Assembly: GCA_038890745.1 (NCBI GenBank)
Contig: JAWAFD010000002.1
Span: 128,001-192,000 of the forward strand
Direction: 5' to 3'
Source of the DNA: Candidatus Anstonellales archaeon
GTDB lineage: Archaea; Micrarchaeota; Micrarchaeia; Anstonellales; J096
DNA: 64,000 nt
The position numbers were made by a program, and so were the translations under genes. Shown here piece by piece: positions 27,735 through 36,637 of the stretch. The notes beneath the pieces are model-generated. The model made no database searches. It saw only the letters and a program-made list of their open reading frames with translations, and was not told the origin of the DNA. How positions within the stretch are numbered: the first letter of the stretch is position 1; each line of letters opens with the position of its first letter.

Positions 27735-30700
27735 CTATTTTTTCTGCCCTGTGCCAGCCCCCTCTGGGTTCACCTGCTCAGGTGGCGGAAGCTGTATTCT
27801 CTTTCCTTTTCCACCGCTTCCAGCCTCATTCGGCTCCACCTCTTCCGGCGGGGGTAGCAGTATAGATTTTGATACACTTACCTCATTCGTAGTTAGCGAC
27901 TCGCCTGCGTGGTTGTACATGTCCCATGCAGTTATCCTGTATCTGTATGTGTTTCCGCCGCTTACTGTGTCATCCTGGTACGGCCCGCTTGATACGTCAT
28001 CCAAGAATTCCCAAGGTCCTCCATTCGTGCTCCTTTCTATTCTGTAGAATTGAACAGAGCTTGCGCAATCATACGCTCCAGCGAATGTAACATTTACAAC
28101 CCCGAGTAGACTATCATAAACCGCCTCTCTGTAAGGGATCACAAACTTTGGCCCAGCCACATCAACCTTTATCTCATCATACCTTATCTCTCCTTCTCCC
28201 CCAAGGTTTCTGCACTGCGCAGCAACCCTAGCCGACCCTTCCTCGCACTGGAATGGGCCTATGTTTGAATATAATGTTAACATCCAATTGTTTACTATCC
28301 ATGGGTTTGTTGTAACTGTCTGCCAGTTGTCCCAATTTATATTATTCGGTATCTTTACATTCCCAACCCTGCACTCGCAGGCTACTCTAACCGCCTGATC
28401 CAGGTCGCTGTAAACTTTGAGGTTAGAATCCCATGTATCCGCTATTATGCTAGCCCCATCGTTTATCACCACATTTCTTAGAGGAGGCAATGGTTTTGGA
28501 ATACTGCTATCACTCGTATAATAGCTGTACCATGCCATCCCAGCATTTCCTGCTACATCAAAAGGAACTGCCCTGTACCTGTACACAACACCCGGTTGAA
28601 CATTCGTATCTACATACTTTCTTTCAAGCGCTGCGCTTCTGTTTTCGAGGAAGGTCCATGCTCCGGTTTGGTCATCCCATCTTGAAATCTCGTAAACATT
28701 CATCCCGCTTCCTCCATCCAAAGAATTTGGCCAGCTGAACTCTATATAGCACGGATACATTTTTATCATTGGGTCGATGGTTGGCATCCCACTCGGCTTC
28801 TCATCATCAAAGTTTATACTGTCGCTTACTATCTCACTCTCTCCGAATGCATTCCTGCATTGATAGTACACAGGAACGTTGTACTCATATCCGTAAACAT
28901 TCGGGTCAAGCGCGGGATAGCCGTCCATTACAAACGTTCTGCTTGCTGTATACCCCTCCCAATCAACGCTCCACACAACAATCTGTTGCTCGCTGTCCCA
29001 GTACCCATACCTGCATTCCTGGGCCGAATCAGCATGAAGCGTAAGCTGAACTGTTTCATAGTTTGTCCACACCGTATCCCCGCTATCCAAATCGCTTATG
29101 AGGATGCTTAAATTCGTTGGTGTTTGGTTTGTAACATTCACTATGTTTGTGTATGTTGAGTTTGAGTTCAAAACATTATCATACGCAACTATCAAATACT
29201 GGTATGTTGTGTTCCATGAGATGTTCATATCGGTTAAATTGCTATCTGCTGTTGTTGCTATCTGAGAGTACGCAGAGCCGTTCACAGACCTGAGCACAGC
29301 ATATCTCATCATTCCGCTGTGTGCATCGCTTCCATCCCAATCTACATCTATTCTCAATGGGTTTATGTTGAATATCGCAGCCGCATTCTCAACTGCAGGT
29401 GGAATCCCATCAAAGTTTATTGTGTCGTTTACTATTTCGCTTTCCCCAGCCATATTCCTGCACTGATAGAATACGAAAACATCTGATTGGTTCATCCCAG
29501 CCCCTACACTCTCCCCCATCAGAATAACCTGATAAGTTGTTGTGTACGGAACCCATCCAAAACCATACCCACCATACCATGTAATATCCCCTGCGTTCCA
29601 ATCCCAGTACCCATACCTGCACTCCTCTGCCAAATCAGCATGGAGAGTAAGGTTTACTGTTTGGTCGGTCCCATTCCCAGCCCAAACAACATTTCCAGTA
29701 TTCCTATCGCTTATCAATATTGTTAAGTTTTCCGGCGTAATGTTGTACGTAATATTATTAACAACAACTAAATTTGTCCATCCATCCTCTTGATTGAATG
29801 CATCATCCCAAACACTAATATAATAACGGTAAGTAGTATTTGTTGTGATGTTTAAGTCGGTCAGATTATTATCATAAGTATAGAATAGCTCAGCAGCAGA
29901 CCCATTAGTGTATTTTTGTATTCTATACATATAATAGCTGATGCCGCTTTCCAAATCATATGCATCCCATCTTACGTCTATCCAGTTGAATGTTTGGTTT
30001 GCGGTTGCGTTCTCAAGAACCGGGTCAATTCCATCATAGTTTATAGTATCGTTCACGATTGTTGAGTTTCCATAAGGATTGCTGCACTGATAGAAAACAG
30101 GAACATCTAACTGATACCTTCCTGTGCTTACATTCTCTCCCCTAAGCAATGTTTGGTCAGATGGTGTGTAATCCACCCACGCACCCCATACTATCTCTCC
30201 AGATGTCCAGTTCCACCATCCATACCTACAGTACTGCGCCAAGTCCGCATACAAAGTGAGATTTACGATTCTGCTCTGCGCATTTCCTGCCCATACCAAA
30301 TTCCCATTGTTCCTATCGCTTATTTCTATCGTTAAATTCTCGGGTGGGATTGTATTACTAACGTTCTCAACATAAACAGTGTTGCTTATTGTATAGTTTG
30401 AATTCTGCGCGAGGTCTACAGCATAAATTAGATAGGTGTAGTTTGTATCGTTCGTAAGATTCCAGTCAACATAGCCTGTTCCTGTTGTCCAGTCCACCAA
30501 ATCAAATGTTCCGCTTTCATTTACATCCCTATAAATTCCATAAAGCGCGATTCCAGACCCAACATCCCCACCATTCCAGTTTACATTTATCACAGGGTCG
30601 TTGTATACCGCGACCGCATTCTCAACCCACGGCGGAATTCCATCATAGTTTATAACATCGCTAATAATCCCGCTCGTTCCATAGGAATTTCTACATTGAT

Positions 30701-32234
30701 AATAAACAGCCACATTATAGTCATATCCTTGGCCATTGCTTATGTTTTGAGAAACAAGAGTAAATGCTCTTGTTGTTGCATAGTTCTCCCAACCGCTCCA
30801 CTGCACCTGCGCGCTTGTCCAGTTCCAATAACCATACCTGCATTGCTCAGCATTTGTCGCAGAAAGCTGGAGCATCACGTTTGTTGAATTTGTCCATTGG
30901 TCATCATTGTTTATTCTAATAAAGTTCACATTGGGCGGATTTCCTCCTCCTCCACCGCCCCCTCCGCCTCCTCCTCCGCCTCCTCCTCCACCCCCTCCAC
31001 CACCTCCGCCACCCTGGGTGGCGTTTCTATACTCTATGGAGTCAGAGGCGGTTCCTATACTTTCAGAGTTTTTATCAATACATTCATAATAAACTGTTTT
31101 CATTCCAAACCCATCGCTCAGAGTCCATCCCCTTTCTGTTCTGTATGTTTCCCATCCAGTCCATGGAGAATTCTCATTCTTATATCTGCAAAGATGCGCG
31201 TCTGTTGCATAAAGATAAAGGGTAACATACTGGGATGTTGTGTAAGGATCATTATTGTTTATCGTTATTCTTATTATCCTCTCCTTCTCTTTCTCTTCTT
31301 CCTTTTCCTTTTCCTCTTTTCCCCCTGCTCCTGCATCATACCCAACGCTAGCCTCGTTCCCGGCAGAGTCAACACACCTAACAAGAACATACCCGGTTAT
31401 TGCATAGGATTTTCCGTTGCTTCCTATCTCCTCATTTTTGTAAACAATCTGGTCATTAGAATAAATATCGCATTTTGTTGGCGTCATATCCTCAACAAAA
31501 ACCTTTACTCCATTTGTTTCAGGCTCGAGTGTGATTGCTGGTGGGGTTCCATCATAAATAATACTATCGCTAACAACCTCGCTTTCAGATTCATTGTTCC
31601 TGCATTTTGCAAAAACAGTTTTTTCTCCATCCCCTTCTGAAAGCACCCAGTACATCATGCTGGAATATCTGTCCCATCCCCACCCTCCCTTTTCATTCCT
31701 GAATGCGCACTCACTAGCCTTTGTTGCACTTATGTACAGCACGACATTTCTATTGTTTGTGTACTCTCCATCCCCAATTTTGAAGCTCAGGATTTTTGGC
31801 GGGGATACGAAAATAACCTCAACCTTATTGCTCGGTCCGCTCTCCCTTTCTCCGATTACAGCAGTAACCCAGAATGTATAATTTCCATCCTCTTTTAGGC
31901 TATAGGTGTATGTTGTTCCTTCAACAAGAATTGGATTAACCTTCGCGCCGTTCATGTATACATTGTACCCTTCAACACCAGCAGTGGGAGAAGGCTCCCA
32001 TGAAAGAAGGATGTTCGTTCCTTCAGCAACAGCGGTTAGGTTTTTTGGCGGCTCTATCCCTACCAAGGTTGATGCAACAACAGCGCTTATCCCCCCAATA
32101 ATAAGCAAAATTGCAATCGCAGCCAAAATCAAAAGTATTCTATTGTCTTCTCCTAAATCCGGCCTAGCCGCAGGCCCTTCTCTAATAGGTGCGCTATACT
32201 CTGGCGCACTAGGAACTATATCCATAATGCTCAC
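27735..32234 (-). CDS. Large membrane-anchored fibronectin type III surface protein with poly-Gly linker
   Basis: N-terminal TM; PPKNLTA..LSW..GYNVY; repeated YRYRITAWD-type FN3 units alternating with C-R-Y...Y-Q-C-R-N units. Confidence 0.85.
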   Translation of the reverse strand: MSIMDIVPSAPEYSAPIREGPAARPDLGEDNRILLILAAIAILLIIGGISAVVASTLVGIEPPKNLTAVAEGTNILLSWEPSPTAGVEGYNVYMNGAKVNPILVEGTTYTYSLKEDGNYTFWVTAVIGERESGPSNKVEVIFVSPPKILSFKIGDGEYTNNRNVVLYISATKASECAFRNEKGGWGWDRYSSMMYWVLSEGDGEKTVFAKCRNNESESEVVSDSIIYDGTPPAITLEPETNGVKVFVEDMTPTKCDIYSNDQIVYKNEEIGSNGKSYAITGYVLVRCVDSAGNEASVGYDAGAGGKEEKEKEEEKEKERIIRITINNNDPYTTSQYVTLYLYATDAHLCRYKNENSPWTGWETYRTERGWTLSDGFGMKTVYYECIDKNSESIGTASDSIEYRNATQGGGGGGGGGGGGGGGGGGGGGGGGNPPNVNFIRINNDDQWTNSTNVMLQLSATNAEQCRYGYWNWTSAQVQWSGWENYATTRAFTLVSQNISNGQGYDYNVAVYYQCRNSYGTSGIISDVINYDGIPPWVENAVAVYNDPVINVNWNGGDVGSGIALYGIYRDVNESGTFDLVDWTTGTGYVDWNLTNDTNYTYLIYAVDLAQNSNYTISNTVYVENVSNTIPPENLTIEISDRNNGNLVWAGNAQSRIVNLTLYADLAQYCRYGWWNWTSGEIVWGAWVDYTPSDQTLLRGENVSTGRYQLDVPVFYQCSNPYGNSTIVNDTINYDGIDPVLENATANQTFNWIDVRWDAYDLESGISYYMYRIQKYTNGSAAELFYTYDNNLTDLNITTNTTYRYYISVWDDAFNQEDGWTNLVVVNNITYNITPENLTILISDRNTGNVVWAGNGTDQTVNLTLHADLAEECRYGYWDWNAGDITWYGGYGFGWVPYTTTYQVILMGESVGAGMNQSDVFVFYQCRNMAGESEIVNDTINFDGIPPAVENAAAIFNINPLRIDVDWDGSDAHSGMMRYAVLRSVNGSAYSQIATTADSNLTDMNISWNTTYQYLIVAYDNVLNSNSTYTNIVNVTNQTPTNLSILISDLDSGDTVWTNYETVQLTLHADSAQECRYGYWDSEQQIVVWSVDWEGYTASRTFVMDGYPALDPNVYGYEYNVPVYYQCRNAFGESEIVSDSINFDDEKPSGMPTIDPMIKMYPCYIEFSWPNSLDGGSGMNVYEISRWDDQTGAWTFLENRSAALERKYVDTNVQPGVVYRYRAVPFDVAGNAGMAWYSYYTSDSSIPKPLPPLRNVVINDGASIIADTWDSNLKVYSDLDQAVRVACECRVGNVKIPNNINWDNWQTVTTNPWIVNNWMLTLYSNIGPFQCEEGSARVAAQCRNLGGEGEIRYDEIKVDVAGPKFVIPYREAVYDSLLGVVNVTFAGAYDCASSVQFYRIERSTNGGPWEFLDDVSSGPYQDDTVSGGNTYRYRITAWDMYNHAGESLTTNEVSVSKSILLPPPEEVEPNEAGSGGKGKRIQLPPPEQVNPEGAGTGQKK
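30942..31013 (-). repeat. 24-codon poly-glycine tract
   Basis: GGN x24 with mixed third positions. Confidence 0.9.
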
Positions 32235-32351
32235 CCCAAAAACTTATCATGTTATTCAATTAGTTTATGTATGGTAACATTTAAAAATCCTTCTTTTACC
32301 GCTGATCGCCATAACAAAAGCTTATTAAATTGTTTTTCCCATCTCATGCAT

Positions 32352-33083
32352 ATGAAAGCAGAAATAAGAGATATTGAAGGGAAAAAATACCTTCTCCTTC
32401 CCAGTGAAATCTCATCGCAAGAGCTAGAAATATTCAAATTAAAAGATGGTTTCTACCTCCTTACATTTCCTCTTGAACAGCCGAAGAAAGAGCCGGAAGA
32501 AAAACTCTCAGAAGAGGAAAAACAGCTTCTCATAGACATATCCATGATAAGGTTTGAGCAGAGAACACTTGCGAATGTAAAGAAGATGCTTTCTAAGAAA
32601 CAGCTTGACCTGCTCAAGAGTCTGATAAAAAGAGGGTACGTAAGCATTTTTAAAAAGGGGAAGTACAAGGATGTTGGCGTGCTCAATTTTACTGATGAGG
32701 TTTTTGCAATGCTGAAAGAGGAGAAAAAGAAAATGCGGGAGAGCGCGGAAGCAAAAAAAGAAGAGAAGGAAAAGGCGCCGTACTCAGAAAAGCCGTTCTT
32801 TATTCTTAGCAAAGATAGGCAGAATGAGATTGGCGAATTCGTCGCTAAGGGATACTTAGCAGTTATCGGAATGGACAACAAAATATATGTTGCAAGGGCA
32901 AAGAATTTTTTGGCGCTTTCAAGCAAGATAAAAGAAGCGCTTAAACATGAGGAAAAAACCGTTGGTGAGATAGCAAGGGAGCTGGGCGAAGACAGCGAGG
33001 CAGTTGATGTTGTGCTGAAAATACTTTGGGCGCAAGGAGAGGTAATGGAAGCGAGAAAGGATGTTTTTGCATTGGTGGAATGA
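32352..33083 (+). CDS. Hypothetical protein with winged-helix-like segments
   Basis: LKSLIKRGYV; KTVGEIARELG...VLKILWAQGEV. Confidence 0.6.
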   Translation: MKAEIRDIEGKKYLLLPSEISSQELEIFKLKDGFYLLTFPLEQPKKEPEEKLSEEEKQLLIDISMIRFEQRTLANVKKMLSKKQLDLLKSLIKRGYVSIFKKGKYKDVGVLNFTDEVFAMLKEEKKKMRESAEAKKEEKEKAPYSEKPFFILSKDRQNEIGEFVAKGYLAVIGMDNKIYVARAKNFLALSSKIKEALKHEEKTVGEIARELGEDSEAVDVVLKILWAQGEVMEARKDVFALVE

Positions 33084-34150
33084 TGATAAAGGACAGCATA
33101 CATGGTTTTATAGAGATCAGCGATGAGGAAGAAAAAATAATAGACGTGCCGGAATTCCAGAGATTAAGGCATGTGAGGCAGCTCGCGCTGGCGCATCTTG
33201 TATACCCGGGCGCAAACCACACGCGGTTTGAGCATTCGCTCGGAACGATGCATATCGCAGGAAAGATTGCGGAAAACCTTGGTTTAGATGTGAGAAAGGC
33301 TCGTCTCCTTGGGCTCCTGCATGATCTAGGCCATGTTGCTTTCTCGCACGAGTCCGAGCGGGTTCTTTTGAAATACCTTGGCTCGCATGAGGAGATTGGA
33401 AGAAAAATAATAGAAAGCAGCGAGATTGGCGAGGTTGTTTTTTCAAACTACTCAAAAAAAGAATTTTTCTCGGGGCCAGAGATGGAAATAATAGACCATG
33501 ATCTAGGTGCTGATAGGTTGGATTATCTTAACAGGGACTCATACTATACTGGTGTAGCATACGGTGTTATAGACGAGGGAAGGATAGTTTCCATGCTTTC
33601 TCTTGATAAAAAAAACAAAAAAATTTATTTGGAGAGGGGAGGGCTTGAGGCAGCGGAATCCATGCTGATAGCAAGGTTCATGATGTTTTTCACTGTGTAT
33701 TTTCACAAAACAGTTAGGATTGCTTCCGCGATGCTCCAGAGAGCAATAGAGCAGTCCATCTCATCCGGCGAGGTTGAGCCGAAAGATTTTATGTACTGTT
33801 TTGATGATGAGATGCTTTTCCGGCTATCGCAAAAAAACGAGTTTGCTAAGCGCATCCTCCAAAGGAAGCTGTATAAACTTGCCTATGAACTTCCATTTTC
33901 AGAAGAAAACATAAAGTTCGCGGAGCAATTTGAATCTAAAACTATAATCATAGATCTCCCCTACTCAGTTTATAAACTAAAAGGATTTGATGTAGATTTC
34001 GAAGGTAAGAAAAAGAAGATTGATGAGTGTTCGGTTCTTGTAAAAGACCTGAAAGAGGCCGAGAAATCAAAGCTCAAAATTTTTATTATATGTGAAGAAA
34101 GCAAAAGAAAAAAGGTTGCGGAAGAAATCGAGAAAGCTCTTAGAAAATAA
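33080..34150 (+). CDS. HD-domain phosphohydrolase (dNTPase/SAMHD1-like)
   Basis: IKDSIHG, FQRLR..QL, HTRFEHSLG, LLHDLGH..FSH, ADRLDYL.RD, VYFHK. Confidence 0.92.
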   Translation: MMIKDSIHGFIEISDEEEKIIDVPEFQRLRHVRQLALAHLVYPGANHTRFEHSLGTMHIAGKIAENLGLDVRKARLLGLLHDLGHVAFSHESERVLLKYLGSHEEIGRKIIESSEIGEVVFSNYSKKEFFSGPEMEIIDHDLGADRLDYLNRDSYYTGVAYGVIDEGRIVSMLSLDKKNKKIYLERGGLEAAESMLIARFMMFFTVYFHKTVRIASAMLQRAIEQSISSGEVEPKDFMYCFDDEMLFRLSQKNEFAKRILQRKLYKLAYELPFSEENIKFAEQFESKTIIIDLPYSVYKLKGFDVDFEGKKKKIDECSVLVKDLKEAEKSKLKIFIICEESKRKKVAEEIEKALRK

Positions 34151-34166
34151 TATACAAAATAAATAC

Positions 34167-34334
34167 TTATCCGATAATATAGTGCGCAACCTGTACAATA
34201 ACTATGAGCGCTACTGTAAAAATAACAACCATCTGCGGAGTAATGTCTATTCCGCCGGTCCTCGAAGTCGGGCTTGTACCTATTATTCCCGCCATTGTTG
34301 TTGGCATCTGGATGCTCTGTCTCTTCCAGCTCAT
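34167..34334 (-). CDS. secG: Preprotein translocase subunit Sec61beta/SecG
   Basis: MPTTMAGII...GIDITPQMVVIF plus TM helix ending in H; 55 aa at the 3' end of ORF 34167-34799. Confidence 0.75.
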   Translation of the reverse strand: MSWKRQSIQMPTTMAGIIGTSPTSRTGGIDITPQMVVIFTVALIVIVQVAHYIIG

Positions 34335-34386
34335 GCTTTCATTTTGGAGCAAAAACATTAAAAAGGTTAGCGGGCAAAAATTCTTT

Positions 34387-35106
34387 ATGGATGTTGAGCT
34401 TGTTTTTTTAAAAGATCCTTCCAGATTGGGGCTAAAAAACCCAGTTCTTATCACAGGTTTTCCGGGTGCAGGACTTGTTGGAAGCATAGCAACAACCTTC
34501 CTTACTATGGGAAATGGGTTTGAGCTTATCGGGTATGGAAAAAGCGAAGGGTTTGCCCCTATCGCGGCTATACACGAATACAGGCCTTTACCTCCATTGA
34601 GAATCCTTGCATCAAAACAGCTAAACGCGGTTGTTCTTCTTTCAGAAATGACTATTCCGGTTTCCCTTAATTCAGCGATTGCAGAGAGAATAATGGAGCT
34701 CGCTGATAGAATAAAAGCAGGAATGGTGGTTTCGCTCGGTGGAATAACCTTAGGCGAGAAAGAGGATGTTGTGTATTTCATCGCCTCAACACCATCCATG
34801 GCAAGGCTTGCCCTTTCAAAAAAAGTTGGTGAGCCGATAAAGGAAGGCGCAACAACCGGTGTAACCGGTGTTCTTCTTTACTCCTCCTTTATAAAGGAGG
34901 TCGATACGATTGCGCTTCTTGCAGAGGCAAACCCAGACCTTAGCGATCCTAAAGCAAGCAGCAATGTTCTTAAGGCCCTTCAAAAGCTTCTTGGTGTGGA
35001 GATAGACACACGGGCACTTGATAAAGAGGCTAAAGAGATTGCAGAAGCGCTAAAAGAAAAGATTGTGAAATCCAAGGTCCCGGTAAAATCTTCAATGTAC
35101 GGATAG
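34387..35106 (+). CDS. Proteasome assembly chaperone PAC2 family
   Basis: LITGFPGAGLVGSIA, SLGGI, GVTGVLL, DPKAS, C-terminal MYG (HbYX). Confidence 0.9.
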   Translation: MDVELVFLKDPSRLGLKNPVLITGFPGAGLVGSIATTFLTMGNGFELIGYGKSEGFAPIAAIHEYRPLPPLRILASKQLNAVVLLSEMTIPVSLNSAIAERIMELADRIKAGMVVSLGGITLGEKEDVVYFIASTPSMARLALSKKVGEPIKEGATTGVTGVLLYSSFIKEVDTIALLAEANPDLSDPKASSNVLKALQKLLGVEIDTRALDKEAKEIAEALKEKIVKSKVPVKSSMYG

Positions 35107-35152
35107 GGTAGATTTTTAATCTGTTTTGTTTTCTAATTAAATTTGTTTACTC

Positions 35153-35407
35153 GCAGGGGTCGCCAAGCCCGGTCAAAGGCGCACGGTTGAGGGCCGTGTC
35201 TCTTAGTGGGTTCGTGGGTTCAAAAGCCCAGGGGGGCTTTAACTCTTTGTCATCCCCCCTGATGCGGTGAAACAAGTGCGACCCAAAAGTTTAGGAGGGT
35301 TGGGTCGCACCGAAGCCCTCCGGGTTGTTTCACCGCATCACGCTTCCACCCCCTATCTGTTTAGGATGTTTTGGAGGGTGGTTTGGCTGAAAATCCCACC
35401 CCCTGCA
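35153..35407 (+). tRNA. tRNA-Leu(GAG) with 169-nt intron at position 59/60 (intron 35225-35393)
   Basis: GCAGGGG/CCCCTGC acceptor, CACGG-TTGAGGG-CCGTG anticodon arm, long variable arm; canonical BHB GTGGG-TTCA-AAA-GCC / GGC-TGAA-AAT-CCCAC. Confidence 0.93.
35260..35340. mobile_element. 81-bp palindromic element, copy 2, inside the tRNA-Leu intron
   Basis: Matches 13503-13583 with 2 substitutions. Confidence 0.8.
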
Positions 35408-35760
35408 TTAGACTAGGGGGTACTATTGCTTATCGCAGACCCCCTTACTCTACTACCCCCTTTCTTTTTCTAACCTCCTTGCTCCTAATAAGATAGGGGG
35501 TGGAAGAGGCAGGGGGTTTTAGAAATGCTTAAGTACCCCCTGGTCTCCCTTACTCTACTACCCCCCGAACCCAGGGGGGAAGTGTCCCCCCTAGGTTTGA
35601 GGCTCCTCCGTAACCCCCCTCATTTTTGCTCGTATAAGATAGGGGGGTAGAAGCGTGAGGGGGGAATAAGAATATGCTTAAGTCCCCCCTTGGCTCCTGA
35701 TAAGATAGGGGGTGGAAGAGGCAGGGGGTCTAAGAAATAGTTTAAGTACCCCCTGGTCTC
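35408..35760 (+). repeat. tRNA-Leu 3' trailer of G/C-run modules, with internal direct repeat (about 35481-35547 and 35693-35760)
   Basis: Same modules as the tRNA-Ala trailer. Confidence 0.85.
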
Positions 35761-35805
35761 ATGCAAATTTAAAAATCCTTTATACCATATTTTTTTGGTG
35801 GTTTG

Positions 35806-36111
35806 ATGAAAATAGTTTTTGAGATAAGCAAGGAAAGGTTTAAGGATGCGAAGAAAATATTAGAGGAAAACCCATATGCCGAGGATAGTTTTGCGAAAGC
35901 CGGATATATCCTAAAGGAAGGAAAAGCACTTGGCGAAGATGAGAATTATTATGTTTACATTGATGCGAGCGAGGATTTCGTGGAGAAAGCAAAGGAAAAG
36001 CTAAAGGGTGTTGCGAAGCCAGCGGATAATAAAAAAGCAGAGAGAATAATAAAAAAGGTTGAGGATGAACAGAATTCAGCGGTGAGCGGATTCGGCTCCC
36101 TTTTCGGGTAA
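35806..36111 (+). CDS. Hypothetical protein
   Basis: GGTGG RBS; ENPYAEDSF...GFGSLFG. Confidence 0.7.
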   Translation: MKIVFEISKERFKDAKKILEENPYAEDSFAKAGYILKEGKALGEDENYYVYIDASEDFVEKAKEKLKGVAKPADNKKAERIIKKVEDEQNSAVSGFGSLFG

Positions 36112-36115
36112 TCGT

Positions 36116-36613
36116 ATGGATGGTGTGGAAAAAGAAAACAAAAAAATAGCGAGCCGAGGTATTCCATCCGAACTATCTTTCTACCTTCCTCCATACAACA
36201 GCCCTGAGCTCAGAAAGTTTGAGGATGAAAACGAAGCTCCTACCCGTAACTTATGGCATCTTGATGAGATTGTTAATTTTATTTTTCCAAAAAAATACCA
36301 GCAGACATATAACGAGGTCGCGCTTAAATTTCTCGAGCTGCTTGCAAGTAAGGTTGAGGTTGAGGGAAAGGATATCTCAGAATTTTTGAGGCAGAACAGC
36401 ATTTCAAAAGCAACATTCTACAATCGAGTTTTTCCAAAACTTAGAAAGTCAGGTTTGATAAAAGTTAGAAGGGAGACGATAACTGCAATAGAGAGCAAAA
36501 GGAAATACCGGCCTATGCATGTTTCACTCAGCAAAACATTCGGAAATTATCTTAATAAAATAGGTGAGAGCTGGCTCGCAATAGTGGATGATGCAAGAAC
36601 AAGAAAAAAATAG
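36116..36613 (+). CDS. Hypothetical winged-helix-like protein
   Basis: ISKATFYNRVFPKLRKSGLI. Confidence 0.65.
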   Translation: MDGVEKENKKIASRGIPSELSFYLPPYNSPELRKFEDENEAPTRNLWHLDEIVNFIFPKKYQQTYNEVALKFLELLASKVEVEGKDISEFLRQNSISKATFYNRVFPKLRKSGLIKVRRETITAIESKRKYRPMHVSLSKTFGNYLNKIGESWLAIVDDARTRKK

Positions 36614-36637
36614 GAGTAAGATAAATACTAACTATAA

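Noticed and set aside
30897..31640. Poly-Pro and poly-Ser ORFs on the + strand
   Set aside because: Antisense shadows of the poly-Gly tract in the FN3 gene
34167..34799. 210-aa ORF, and the 61-aa N-terminal extension of PAC2 from 34204
   Set aside because: Mutual antisense overlap; the real genes are Sec61beta (34167-34334) and PAC2 (from 34387)
13332..35760. Integrated element or invertible segment bounded by the inverted tRNA-linked repeats
   Set aside because: The interior is mostly core genes; no integrase and no duplicated tRNA 3' end (att site) seen
35408..35760. SRP RNA, RNase P RNA or rRNA fragment
   Set aside because: No recognisable conserved motifs of these RNAs; the region is modular and duplicated
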